Shown here: positions 25,211 to 38,609 of the stretch, piece after piece
Numbering within the stretch: the stretch's first letter is position 1
Layout of the letters: each line of letters opens with the position of its first letter
Made by a program: the position numbers and the translations under genes
The notes under the pieces: model-generated
What the model was told of the DNA's origin: nothing
The model's input: only the letters and a program-made list of their open reading frames with translations
Database searches by the model: none
DNA from: Callorhinchus milii
Lineage: Eukaryota
Length of the DNA stretch: 64,000 bases
Direction of reading: 5' to 3'
NCBI RefSeq assembly: GCF_018977255.1
Contig: NW_024704743.1
Coordinates: forward strand, 59,274,001 to 59,338,000

Positions 25211-26751
25211 CAACAACAAGATTTCATTTATAGTCCGCCTTTCACGTCGGGAGGACGTCCCAAAGCGCTGGACAGTTGGGTCAGGCCCCGAGCAGGGGGG
25301 AAATGGTCAGGGTGAGGGGAGGGAAGGGAGGGAGCGAGGAGGGGGAAGAGAGTCGAGAGGGGAGGTGAAGGCTCGGTCAAAGAGAAAGGTCTTGAGACCG
25401 GTCTTTAAGGAGAAAAGGGAGGAGGCAGCGAAGGCACCGGGGGATAGAGTTCCAGAGCCTAGGGGCTGAGAGGCTGAAGGCCCGGCCACCGATGGTAGGG
25501 CGGTTGGGGCGGGGGATGTGGAGCAGACCGGAGCCAGAGGAACGGAGGGTACGGGCGGGTAGGTAGGGGGATAGTAGGTCGGAGAGGTAGGAGGGAGCAA
25601 GGCCGTGAATGGCCTTGTAGGTGAGGATGAGGATCTTGAATTCGATCCTCTGGGGGATGGGGAGCCAGTGGAGGCGAGCGAGGGTGGGAATGATGTGGTC
25701 GCGAAGCCTGGTGCGGGACAGTACACGAGCTGTAGAGTTCTGAATGACCTGCAGCTTGTGGAGGGAGGTGCTGGGAAGGCCGGCGAGGAGAGGGTTCCCA
25801 TAGTGCAGCCTTGAGGTGATAAAAGCGTGGACCAGTGTTTCAGCAGCGTGAGGGGTGAGGTAGTGCCGTAGTCTGGCGATGTTTCGGAGGTGATGGAAGG
25901 CGATGCCAGTTGTGGCGCGGATATGAGGAAGAAAGGACAGCTCAGGGTCGAACAGAACACCGAGGTTCCTGACTGGCTTTGAGAGGTGGAGAGTGCAGCC
26001 TTGGATGCTGATGGTGTCAGCGCCTGAGGTGCGGAGGCGCTGACGTGAGCCAATCAGGAGGGCCTCAGTTTTGCGCACGTTGAGCTGAAGAAAGTTGTCT
26101 CTCGTCCAGGACTCGATGTCGGACAGGCAGCTGTCAGGACATCGGTGGTCATGGAGTTGAGGGTAGAGGAGGAAAGGTAGAGTTGGGTGTCATCCGCATA
26201 CATGTGGAAGTTAACCCCATGTCTGCGGATGATGTCATCAAGGGGGAGCATATAGAGGGTGAAGTGGAGGGGACCGAGGACAGAGCCCTGAGGGACACCG
26301 CAAGAGACAGTGCGGGGGCTTGAGGAGAAGCCGTTTGTGGAAACAAAATGAAGACGGTGGGAGAGGTAGGACCTAAACCACTTAAGGACTGGGCCTTGAA
26401 GGTTGAGGTAGGAGGACAAGCAATGGAGGAGGATAGCGTGGTCGACCGTATCGAATGCTGCCGATAGGTCGAGGAGGCAGAGGGAGCCCTGGTCGCAGAT
26501 GGTCAGGATGTCATTGGTGACCTTGACCAGGGCGGTTTCTGTGCTATGGGCAGCACGGAAACCCAACTGAAGGTGTTCGAATAATGCATGGGTGGAGAGG
26601 AAAGAGCGCAGCTGGGAGGCGACAACTCTTTCAAGGACCTTGGACAGGAAGGGGAGGTTGGAGATGGGCTGGTAGCTTGATAGCTGTGACACATCAAGGG
26701 AGGGTTTTTTCAAAGTGGGAGTGATGGTGGCAGTTTTTAGGGGAATGGGAA
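25211..26751 (-). mobile_element. L2-clade LINE, 5'-truncated, RT domain plus 3' tail
   Basis: ORFs 26054..26803 and 25377..26078: [42 protein letters not shown]; (TTG)n tail. Confidence 0.93.
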
Positions 26752-27508
26752 CATTTACTTGAAGAACACAATTAAAATGTGTTTTTGAATTACCTATCCC
26801 CACTCTGAATACTTCTAGTCACCCAAATCTAACTGAAATTGTTCAAACCCGCCTTTTTGGATTCACAAGATTTGTTGGATGAGGAAGGCCCTTCAGACCA
26901 TCTGATGTCACCTTTGCAGAACACCCACCCTAGCGTCCTCCCATCTCAGTACCAAAGCTGCTTTTTAAATGAATCTCGTCTCCTGGCCTCAGTGATCCTT
27001 CTGGGCAACCTGTTCCAGTCGTTAATTACTCTCTGAGTAAAGAAACACTTCCTGGTGTCTGTTCACATCTAATGAGGCTGCTGTTTTCAAAGCAGGAATG
27101 TGCAGGTGTCTCTTTAGGTAAATTGCATTGAAATGTCGCAATCCCAAATCCCAAATTTTTAACCGATGTTAAAACCATTGATATGGCCAGTGCCACCTTT
27201 ATATTACCCTGCCCAAGCCACTGCTTTGTTTTAGGCCTCACTGTAAGGATTACTGCCTAAGCCCTTCAATGCTATTTTATACAAGAAGAATTGCTGGCGT
27301 GAATCGATCATGAAACAATCATTCCTGTAAATTCTTGTATTTTATAATGATCCTTAACAATCCTTGCATTTGATATAGCCCCTTATCATGTTCGTCGGGA
27401 CACCTCAAAACACTTATGGGATTCACTGTATAGGGCAGTGACTGTGTATTTTGTGGGAGAATTATTATACTCAAATGATATTTATTTTCCTGTTTGGTTG
27501 CATTGCAG

Positions 27509-29190
27509 AAATGAACAGGAGCACATAAACCAATTGAATAATGTGTACATGGGTATCTCTGTCGCCTGGAGGAAAGTCAGTATTATGCAGTATTGAGAGA
27601 CGTTCCCCGACTATGGTTTAGAGTTTGACATCTTTGCACTCCACAAACTCGAAAAGAATGGTGCTCTCAGGAAATATTAACAATCCAAAGGAAATTTTTT
27701 AAAATGAGTGAAGATCGAACAAACCACAGTGAGTGGTGATCATTTAGGTCAGCCTGTCTGACCTGCGTTTACCATCACTGAATTTGTCAAACTGATGACT
27801 TTCTCAACAGTATGCGATGACAGTCATGCAATAAGCTGTAGCCATATTTTATCCCTTCTCTCTTGAGCAAAGAACAGCCACAAATCTCTCACTTTTTCAG
27901 GCTTGAAACAATTATCCGAAAACGATAATTTGGAAAACAGATTTCAATAATAATAATCCTTGCATTTGATATTGACAGGGATTATTATCATTAAAATTTC
28001 AGTCTTAAGTTGAGGTAAATTAAGAATGAATGTAAAACAAATTTTCCACTATTGTAAATTTTATAATGAAAGTCTTAAACTGAAGAACATGACAAATTTA
28101 AATTCACCAGGAGTGTCTTGAACAGTCAATGTAAACCCCTCTAGTATTAGGTAAACTGTGAACCTACACATTTCACGGAGGATTATCACAGCTTTAGAGT
28201 CCCTGCACCTTGTTCCCTTCCTCCCCCACATTAAACCCCACCTTTAGACCTTTCTTTTCAACTGTCCCTACTCACCCCCCCCCCACCCCCCCAACCTTCC
28301 TTAGCTCCATCCACCCTGAACTCGGGCTTCCAGTCACAGCTCCCAGTGAAGTGCTTGAAGACCGCCAACTGACATGAAAGGAGCTATCTCAATGTATAAT
28401 TGTTGCCTGAAGTAGTCAAAATTAATCAACAACAATGCGTCTCAATACCACATTACACCTCTTAGGGTCTAACAGCTGAGAAATTCATGTTAGAAAATGA
28501 TGTTTCAATTTCAATGCCAACACTGCAATAACAGAATCTAAAAAGCTGTAATATCAAAACATATCGTACAAACCAATAGATCTGTTTGCCAGGAGAGATC
28601 TCAGAAAGCCAAATTCTGCACTCACTGTTGTTTCCGTCGAATCCATGGTTTAAGCACTGAATGAAAACCCAAGAATTAATGGTGCTACTTACTTTCAGAA
28701 ATTCAATCTGTTTAAAATTGTTACTATAAATTGCAGGCTATTTTTATATCAGGTTGTTTCCTTCTAAAATCCTGAATGATCGTGAAAGAATCATCCAAAT
28801 TCTTCAGAATCAAGCATTAGTGTTTGTAGTCAATTGCTAATGACTTTTAAAGTCTGTATGGTTTTGCAGTTCAGAAATATGTGCTTTGTCATCATTTAAC
28901 ATTTATTTTAGTGAGAGACTCCACAATTTTGTAGAATATTGCATGCCAATATTAGACTTAATTCACAGGAATATCCTAGCACTTAAAATTTTAACACTGT
29001 TCCAATGTCCATAAATATTGCATGCTACAATTATTATAGTTTAATGCTTCACTGCCATTGAAATTATTTATCCAAGAAATTTAGTTTGTAACAAGCTTTT
29101 TTACTGGCAATAGATTCCTTGCTGGCAATCCAAATGCAATGTTATTTCATACTCCCTCCTGGGTCAATAAAGCTTTCTAAATAAATTGTC
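27509..29190 (+). other. COL28A1: Probable terminal 3'UTR exon of COL28A1, possibly extending to ~30430
   Basis: Donor ATAG|gtgagc at 24501; acceptor ttgcag at 27508 with an upstream pyrimidine tract; repeat-poor AT-rich sequence; AATAAA at 29166, 29180, 29802, 29980 and 30407. Confidence 0.5.
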
Positions 29191-30569
29191 AGTCTTGCTT
29201 CAGTTGCTTGTTTTTAACCAACTCCCTAAAGTTAAGAGCAGTTTTAATGAGTTGTTACTGCCACAAGGGGGAGTTTTCCAGCTGCCTGAACACAGGCAGT
29301 CAGGAAAGCCCATTCTGTAATTCACTTCAGTGACATTTTGAAAGCTCAGTCTGTAAATTCAGTCTGCAGCAAATACCTGCTCAACGTTAACTTCCTCAAT
29401 GTAGTTTTCACATGGTTACCTTACTATTTGAAACTAATTTAAAATATCGTATTAGTAACAGTGATTTAATCCTACCACCGTAAATCTAATTTGGTTTCCA
29501 AACAAGGAAAACTTCTCTAAACCTCCTCTGAAAACTGATCAATCTATTATAATATCCTGCTCATCTGTGTACCTATCACAGAAAGCTGCCCTGAAAATCT
29601 ATTTAAGGCATTGTAGGAAATCTGTCTTCACAATTCCTGCACCCACCACATCAGTTAAGACCAGAGACCAGACAGATTTTGTGCAATTTTTTACCAATGC
29701 TAATATGTAAATCTGCTAGGCTCACTGTCGACTGCAAAGGTAAGGGTTTATCTTCATTCTCTCAAACTTGCCCTTTCTGGACATTAGAACCTTCAGTAGT
29801 TAATAAATGTCTTAAAACTCAGGTTTAGGAATGAATACAAAGATTATGATGTCTTTATTTTAAATCATCATCATGTACACAATAGAATTTGTCAGGCATT
29901 ATCCATTGTATTGTTGCCTCTGGATACACACTTTTGGATACCAAAGACTGATACAGTAAAGAACCACTGAACTAGCAAAAATAAACATTTCTTGCAAAAC
30001 ATATAAGATGGGAGGTACAGCATTACAGGCTGTTAATGTACTGTGATCTAATCCTTTTAAAAGTATTAACACGCAAAATATGTTTGTCTAATGTATATTT
30101 AACAATCTGTAATATACACTGGATATATGTCACATTAGCTGGTATCATTCTGGATTACTAGGTTGTGTGTGCTATGGTTCTGTATAGTGCCAAATGGAGA
30201 TTGCGGGCATCATTTTACATGGCATCGAAGGTATTCAGTAATACATGTGGTGCTGTAATGTTTTGCGATTGTTAAGGTTGTTAATACTCTACCTCCCAGT
30301 ACAACGGTTAAATGTCATTATTATAAATATATAATTCAAATATGTTTTATAGTATATGCGATTTACTTATGGATATCTGTAAACTGAGATTCATCTGGTT
30401 CTCTAGAATAAATAGCGCTTGAATAGAATATTTGTTTTTTTAAATCATTGGTGAACATTTAATAAGAAGGCAATGGAGGGATAGGGGCGAGAGGAACAAG
30501 AGGGATGGAGGCTTGTGTGAAGTATAAACACCAACACAAACATGTTAGGCCTGTTTCTGTGTTGTAACC

Positions 30570-31195
30570 CCTCAAGCTGCTGAAAGCCTCACCCATGCAT
30601 TCGTCATATCAAGGCTCGATTACGGGAACTCCCTCCTCATCGGCCTTCCCAACTCTTCCCTTCAGTTGCAGATCATCCAAAATTCTGCAGCTCATGTACT
30701 CTCATGCACCAGGCTCCGTGACCCCATCACACCCACCCTCGCCCGACTCCACTGGCTCCCCATCCCCCAGAGGATCGAGTTCAAGATCCTCGTCCTCACC
30801 TTTAAGGCCATCCATGGCTTTGCCCTCTCCTACCTCTCTGACCTGCTGACTCCCTACCAATCTGCCCGCTCCCTCCGTTCATCAGGCTCCGGTCTGCTCC
30901 ATGTCTCCCGCCCGACCCACCCTACCACGGTGGCCGAGCTTTCAGCCTCCCTGCCCCCACACTCTGGAACTCCATCCCACGGTCCTTTCACCTCGCTTCC
31001 TCCCTTGCCTCCTTCAAGGCCGGTCTCAAGACCCTTCTCTTTGACCGTGCCTCTGGTCTACCCCCATCTGCCTTCCCTCACCCCTACACCACCTCCCCCA
31101 TGCTTGGGCCCCGACAGCTGACTGTTCAGCGCTTTGAGACGTCCTCCTGACGTGAAAGCCGCTCTATAAATGTAATTTTGTTGTTTGCTGTTGTA
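30570..31195 (+). mobile_element. L2 LINE 3' fragment
   Basis: QIIQNSAAHVL..LHWLPIPQRIEFK; tail. Confidence 0.88.
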
Positions 31196-32404
31196 ATGTT
31201 CTATGTAATCCTAGGTTTGTCCCATGAATGTGACCTAATAATTACACGTATGCCCCCAGACAATACAGTACACATTACATCCACACGTAGAACATTAAAA
31301 CATGGTGTTACCTGTGTCTATTTATGTCTTTACATATTTACATGCATCTCAGTGTAGAAGAACCTGTTCTCAGTATTTCCTGGGTGAAATCGTAGGCAAA
31401 TTTCCTTACACCACATGCCTCTGTTTGCCTAGCAGTACAATACAAAATTTCATTTTTATAGAGCCTTTCATGTCGGTAGGACAGTCAGGGATTTTGACCC
31501 ACGTGTGGGATTAGGATAAGGGAGGGTGGAGGACAGGGAGGCTAGGAGGGTAGCTAAAGGCATGGTTGAAGAGGAGGGTCTTGAGACGTACCTTGAAGGA
31601 GGCAAGGGAGGGAGCGAGCCAAAGGGAACCCAAAGTAGGAACCCAGTGTTTATTGGATTGCTTTCCAGGGGCAATAATCCCTCAAAAAAAATGCGGTCAC
31701 TTAATCCACGATTGTTTGTAGGGCATTGCTGTGCACAATGGGCTGCTGCGTTTCAGCCACAAAATACACAATCAATCCACTTTATTCTGTGAAGTGCTTT
31801 GAGATGTCCCAATGACATGCAAAGGATCCATATCAAATACAAGAATTATTATTATTATTTTTGCCTGCATCATTTCAGCCAAGCACGAGGTGTGAACTGA
31901 CATGAATCACTCTTTCTCCCTCCCATTCTGTTTGAAAAAAAATTCTGACTACCTGTCATAGAAATTTACAGCACAGAAGAAGGCCTTTTACCCCATCCTG
32001 TCAAGTGTCAAATCAGCCTGGCTCATTGGGAACCTCTGAGTCAGAAGGCTGTGGGTTCAAGCCCCATATCGAGAATTGGAACTCATAACTATGTTGACAC
32101 TCCTATGCAGTGCTGGGTGAGACAGTAAATCTAGGTCCTGTCTTCCTGTTCAGGTGGACATTAAAGATCCCATGACACTATTCCAAAAGAGAGGGGAGTT
32201 TCTCCTGGTGTTGTGGCCAACAGAGCCCCACATAAAATTGGTCACTCATTTCATAGCTATTTGTGAGACGTTGCTATACGTACATAAATTGGCTGCCACA
32301 TTTGCCCACAAAATGCACAATCAATCCACTTGCAGTCTATTCTGTGAAGCTCTTTGAGATGCTCTTCTGCTTTAAAGGCCCTTTAGAAATGTATGGATTA
32401 TTAT

Positions 32405-32831
32405 GACTCCAGCAGGTAATTACAATGTGGTAGGAATTACTGAAATATAGCTAAACCAGGATGATGGAAGTGAATATAATTTACAAGGATACAGGCTATT
32501 CAAGGAAGATTGGATTAGTGGGGAAGGTGGTGCTGTTTCCATTTATGTAAGGGATACTTAGGGTAGTTGAGTCAACATTGCAGGATCAATCATGATAACT
32601 AACAAATTCCCTGTAACAGACAAACTGTGCTCCAGGTTACTTAGGGAGAAAAGACAGAGATTTGTGCAGCACTGACAGACATCAAGATAGAGTCAATCAG
32701 GAACAGGAAGGTTCCAACAGACTGGAAGCAAGCAAATGTTATTCCAGTATTCAAGAAGGGTGACAAAACTAAGCCTATAGATATAATAAATAGCCTGACC
32801 TCAATAATAGGAAAGTTATGGAGTTCATTGG
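32405..32831 (+). mobile_element. Older CR1 fragment, 5' part (endonuclease and start of RT), host of the younger CR1
   Basis: Degenerate VVGITE, WKQANVIPVFKKGDK and SLTSIIGKLMEF translations. Confidence 0.7.
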
Positions 32832-35650
32832 AGTGCATGTGCCTAAATGCACGGAGTTTAGCAAACAAGATTGGTGCGCTGCAGGCTCACGTGGTCTTAG
32901 GGGGATACAATGTAGTAGCAGTAACAGAGACTTGGCTCAAGCAGGACAGGAATGGGAGCTGAATATTCCTGGCTACAATGTATTCAGGAGGGATAGGGAA
33001 GGAAAAAAAAGGAGGGGGTGTGGCAATGTTAATCAAGGATATGGTTATAGCTGTGGAAAGGGGTTGAGGTGCTGGAGGGCCCCAAAACGGAATCTATCTG
33101 GTTAGAGTTAAGGAACAAAAAAGGAGCTGTTACGCTGGTATGGGTATACTATAGACCACCAAATACTGGGAAGGAAATAGATGAGCAGATCTGCAAGCAG
33201 ATCTCAGACAGATGCAAGGCCAATAGAGTCATGATAATGGGGGACTTTAATTATCCCATACATAGACTGGCAAAACAACAGCGCAAAGGGCAAGGAGGGG
33301 GAAATATTCTGAAAATGCATACAGGACAACTTTCTTGATCAGTATGTTTCCAGCCCAACAAGGAAGGAAGCAGTGCTCAATCTAGTTTTGGGGAATGAAG
33401 TAGAGCAAGTGGAGCAGGTTTCAGTGGGAGAGCATCTGGGCAATAGTGATCATAACATCATTAGATTCAGAGTGCATATGGAAAGAGACAAGGAACCACT
33501 AAGGTAAAGATATTCAACTGGAAGAAAGCAAATTTCAGTGAGTTAAAAAGGAAGCTAGCCAAGTGGACTGGAAAGAAAGATTGGCAGGTAAAACAACTAA
33601 AGAGCAGTGGGAAGTCCTCAAGGATGAGATAGCTCAGGGACAGAATAGATACATTCCCACAAAAAGGAAAAGTAGGGCTTCCAAACCTCCCTGGATGACA
33701 AAGGTAATTGTATCTAGAATGAAGCAGAAAAAGGTGGCGTATGACAAATGTCAAACCCAAGATACAGAAGACAACCAAATAGAATATAGGAAATGCAAAA
33801 GAGGTTTGAAAAAGGAAATAAGAGGGGCTAAAAGATTATATGAAAAAAGGTTAGCGGGTAACATTAAAGGGAATTCTAAAATATTTTGTAAATATATCAA
33901 GAAAAAAAGGCTAATCAAAGGTAGGGTGGGGCCAATTAAGGACCAAGGGGGAAATCTTATTGTGGAGGCAGAGGGCATGGCTGATGTGCTGAATGAGTAC
34001 TTTGCATCTGTCTTCACAAAAGAAGTGGATGCACCAAATAAATGGATAGAATAAGTATAAACAGAGAGGAAGTACTGAAAAGGTTGACTGCACTGAAGGT
34101 AGATAAGTCGCCCGGTCCGGACGGGATGCAACCAAGGTTACTATGGGAGGCAAGGGTATAAATAGCGGAGGCTTTGGCTACAATTTTTCAATCTTCGTTG
34201 GACACAGGAGTGGTGCCAGAGGACTGGAGAGTGGCCAATGTGACTCCCCTGTACAAAAAGGGACAGAAGGATAAACCTGGGAACTACAGGCCAGTCAGCC
34301 TAACATCAGTAGTGGGGAAACTCCTGGAGACTATAATCCGGGACAGAATAAATCTTCACTTAGAAGAATATGGGTTAATTAGGGACAGCCAACATGGATT
34401 TGTTAAAGGCAAATCTTGTCTAACAAATCTAATAGAATTTTTCGATGAGGTAACGGAGAGGGTGGATAAAGGTAGTGCAGTTGATGTAGTTTATATGGAC
34501 TTTCAAAAGGCATTTGACAAAGTGCCACATGAAAGTCTTGTAAGAAAGATAGAAGCCCATGGTATAAAAGGGACAGTGGCAGCATGGATCCAGAACGGGC
34601 TGGGAGACAGAAAGCAGAGAGTTGTGGTGAACGGCTGTTACAGGGATCGGTACTAGGACCACTGCTCTTCTTAATATACATAAATGAACTGGACTTGGGT
34701 ATAGCAAGTACCATTTCCAAGTTTGCGGATGACACAAAGTTAGGTTGGGTAGTAAACAGTGAGAAGGATAGGAACCAACTGCAGGAAGACATAGACAGAA
34801 TGGTAAAATGGGCAGACACATGGCAGATGAGTTTCAATGTGGAGAAATGCGAGGTAATGCATTTTGGTAGAAAGAATGAGGGGAGGCAATACAGGCTGGT
34901 AATACAATCTTAAGAGGGGTAAAAGAACAGAGAGACCTAGGGGTGCAGGTAAATGAATCCTTGAAGGTGGCAGGACAGGTAGATAAAGCTGAAAAAGAGC
35001 ATATGGGATACTAGGCTTTATAAATAGGGGCATAGAGTACAAGAGTCAGGAGGTTATGATTAACCCATATAAAACACTGGTTAGGCCTCAGTTAGAATAC
35101 TGCACCCAGTTCTGGGCACCACACTATAGGAAGGATGTTAAGGCCTTGGAAAGGGTGGAGAGGAGATTTACGAGGATGGTACCAAGAATGAGGGACCTTG
35201 ATTATGAGGAAAGGCTAGAGAGGCCGGGATTATTCTCATTGGAGCAGAGAAGGTTACGAGGAGAACTAATAGAGGTCTTCAAAATCATGAGGGGATTTAA
35301 TAGTTTAGAAAGGGAAAGACTGTTTCCACTGGTGGGTGTGTCGGTGACTCGAGGTCACAGATTCAAAATAGTCTCTAAAAGAAGCAGAGGGGAGGTGAGA
35401 AGAGATTTTTTCACGCAGTGAGTTGTTCGAATCTGGAACACATTGCCTGAAAGGGTGGTCGAGGCCGATTCAATAACTACTTTTAAAAACGCGGTGGACA
35501 GGTATTTGAGGAGGACGGGTTTGCAGGGTTATGGGGAAAGGGCTGGGGAGTGGGATTGACATTAATTGCTCTATTCAAAGAGCCGGCACAAACTCGATGG
35601 GCTGAATGGCCTCTTTTTGTGCTGTACGATTGTATGATTCTACGATTCTA
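32832..35650 (+). mobile_element. CR1 LINE with near full-length but frameshifted/deleted ORF2 (APE endonuclease + RT) and 3'UTR
   Basis: CLNARSLANK start, YYRPP, IMGDFN, NYRPVSLTS, QHGF, DFQKAFDKVPH, KFADDTKL; ends in (TAYGATTC)n-like repeats. Confidence 0.92.
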
Positions 35651-36825
35651 TGGTCAGAGAGGAAATGGAAGATTACCTATATAAGAATAATCTAATAATT
35701 GACACAAGTTTAGAATGGGTAGGTCTTGTATCTCATAGACTTTTTTGAGAAGGTGACAGCTCAAATTGACTGTGGGTAGACATGTAATGCAGTATATCTA
35801 GACTTCAAAAAAGTGTTTGAGAAAGTACCACATAAAAGACTCCTTCACAAACGGGCCACTGGGTCATAAGCGTAAGGTATGGACTTGGATTCAGAATTGG
35901 CTGAAGGGAAGGAAGCAGAGGGTCTTTGTTTGGGGGTTAGGTCACAATAGGGAAAAGTTCCTCAAGGGTCTGTACTAGGACACCTCCTGTTCCTTGTAAA
36001 TATTAATGACTTGGATTCGTAGATCCAGTGTAAAATGGTGAAAATTGCAGATGACTATTTGTGGGGAACTATGGAATCAGAGCATAGGCAGCAAAGGTCC
36101 TACAAGGAGAGTTTGATAGGATATGCACATGGACCAATAACTGGCAATTTAAATTCAATACTGATAAATATAAGGGATTAGATATAGGATCCAAGAATAA
36201 AAAATACAAGTACGTCATGAATGGGATTGAACTTTCCAGGAAGCTGAAAGAGATCTAGGAGTGTTAGTTGACTCATCGCTCACTATGTCAAAATAACGTA
36301 AGGCAGCAATAAACAAGTTAAACAGGATGTTGGGTTATATTGCTAAATCAGCTGAGTTTAAATGCCCAGACGTCATTCACATGTTAGACAGTGATCTGAT
36401 CAGACCGCACCTTGAATGCTGCATACAGTTCTGGTCACCGCAACATAAGATCCTAGAGGCAGTGCAGAGGAGAGTAACAATTGGTAGAGGACTGAGCTAT
36501 GAGCAACGACTAAGCAAGCTAGGGCTCTTGAGAGAAGATGACTTTTATAGAGGTGTACAACATTTTAAATGGAATTAAAATACTAAACCCAGATCAATAT
36601 TTTAGTATGCATCCTGCCCGTAGAAATAGAAGATATAGGTTTAGAATTCTAAAGGGCAATTTCAAAACAGATACCAGGAAGTTTTTCTTTACGCGGAGGG
36701 TAATCAATGACTGGAACAGTTGCCAGGAAAAAAAAATGCTTGATGCGGTGACGGGGGGGGACAGTAGGGTGGGTGTTCTGGAGGTATGAGATCAAAGCGG
36801 CTTCTTCATCCAGATCTTGTGATGA
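35651..36825 (+). mobile_element. Older CR1 fragment, 3' part
   Basis: Resumes with VREEMEDYL, DFKKVFEKVPH, PQGSVLG, RPHLECCIQFWSP, FFFTRRVINDWNS. Confidence 0.8.
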
Positions 36826-37477
36826 AGAAAGTTGGTTCCTTGTCCTTAATTTCAGAGAGCTTTTGTGCAGTTCAGTATTTAACTGATAATACGTGGTTTA
36901 ACATCTCAATTCAAAAATGCAATAGCACCACTTGCAATCTTTGCCCACTCTTCTCCCCTGCTTGCCCCCAAACCTCAGCTAACTCAGACTTGATGCATGC
37001 CCGAGCCATCATCAGTGGCCAAACCTTCACACCCCCAGCCTCTGGAATTTCTTTCCTCTACAACTCCGTCTTATCTCCTCTCTTTTTTCGAGTCAAAAAA
37101 TCCTTCTTTTTCTACGAACAAGCCTATGGGCACTTTTCCCTCCCCCTACTCTCCCTTGCTCGGTGACCAAACCTATCCCTGCAAAGTGCTTTGAGAAATT
37201 ACCCTACCTGAATGGCGCTAATATAAACAAAATTGTTGCATCAATTTGTCGCTACCATAGTAAGTGCTGCATTGGATTTCCAATGGTAGATTGTGAACCC
37301 AGGTCAGAACATAGATCTCAAATACCTTCTTTTCAAGCCCAAGAGGAGCAAGTGCCAGTATTCAAGCAAAGCAAACTCTAATTAACTAAACAAAATGACC
37401 ATTTTTATATCGCAATTTGTTCGTTACAGAAGTCATAGCAATTTTATAGAGCAATTGCCAGTCTCACTCATTCATAG

Positions 37478-37794
37478 TGGAGTCCTGTAGCTCAGTGGTT
37501 AGAGCACTCGCTTTGCAAGTGAGAGACCTGAGTTCAATTCCAGGCAGAGGGCGAAACCTTGGGCAAGTTTCCTTACTCCACACAGAGCCTAATAATAATC
37601 CCTCCAAAACAAAAACAATAATAAATTGGTCATTTTTAATCTATGACTGCTTGTGGGACATTGCTGTGCGCAATTGGCTGCCGCGTTCGCCCAAAAATAT
37701 ACAGTCAATTCACTTTACAGTGTGTTTTGTGAAGCGCTTTGGGACGTCCTCCCGACGTGAAAAGCGCTATATCAAATGCAAGGATTATTATTAT
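37478..37794 (+). mobile_element. tRNA-derived SINE, full length
   Basis: Near-identical to 19285-19614 and 56641-56958. Confidence 0.9.
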
Positions 37795-38609
37795 AATATG
37801 GGTAAAACTGGCTTCATTAGCAACTGCAGATCACCGACCACAGATTTACTGGCTGCAATGTGTGGTGACAGCAAAGTTCATTAATATGGTAAAAACCAAC
37901 CATCAAATTAAAGGGTTGAAATTAAATCAATAAATTGACAGTTTACTATCTACTGAGAAGTTAGTTTCTCCTGGTGTCCTAGCCAACAATCTCCCAATTA
38001 AAATTAACCATAGATCATTGGTCATTGACTTCATAGCTGTTCGTGGGATATTGCTGTTTGCAAATTGCCTGCTGCATTCACCTATACAAATACAGTCATA
38101 GTACTTTACAATGAAGCAATGTGAATCTCTTCGAAATGTCCTTCTGATATGAAATGGCACAATATGAAATGCAAGGGTTACTTTTTAACTTGACATTGTG
38201 CTAACTCTGTCCCCCCCCACCCCCCCCCCCCACTTCACAGCCAGATTGTTTTGTATTTCTAACTTTGCGACATAGAAGATACCTTCTTCTATCGCATTAC
38301 TGAGACATCTCAAAGTGCTTCACAGAATGTACTGTAAAGTGAATTGACTGTATACATTGTGGGCAAAATGCAGCAGCCAATTGCGCACAGTAGTGTCCCA
38401 CAAACAGTCATGTATTGAATGATCAAAAAAAAATCAAATGCTACATTTGCTCAAGACTTTCTGCTTACATTGACTCTCACTATATTTGCAAAAAATCACT
38501 TTGAGTGAATTGTATGCACATGTTTCTAATCCACATTGACCTTCTATAACTGTGTAATATGTTTCAGTGTCACAATGTACCTAACCATAAAAAATAAGAC
38601 TGATACATT

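Noticed and set aside
30200..30290. Minus-strand peptide HYSTTCITEYLRCHVK, faintly like the C1GALT1 C-terminus
   Set aside because: Too short, flanked by stops and lacking the GPGCCSD and RPYGY motifs; most likely chance.
29850..30402. Possible minus-strand terminal exon (acceptor at 30403, AATAAA near 29855)
   Set aside because: No compatible upstream donor or meaningful frame; better explained as + strand 3'UTR sequence.
32832..35650. Active or domesticated reverse transcriptase gene
   Set aside because: Multiple frameshifts, stops and internal deletions; no ORF1.
37478..37552. tRNA-Ala(TGC)-like genes, here and at the other SINE heads
   Set aside because: Each continues into a SINE core and tail; they are SINE heads, not tRNA genes.
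37477..37884. Recurrent ORF '[26 protein letters not shown]' suggesting a small gene family (also at 19398 and 56638)
   Set aside because: It is the translation of near-identical SINE copies.
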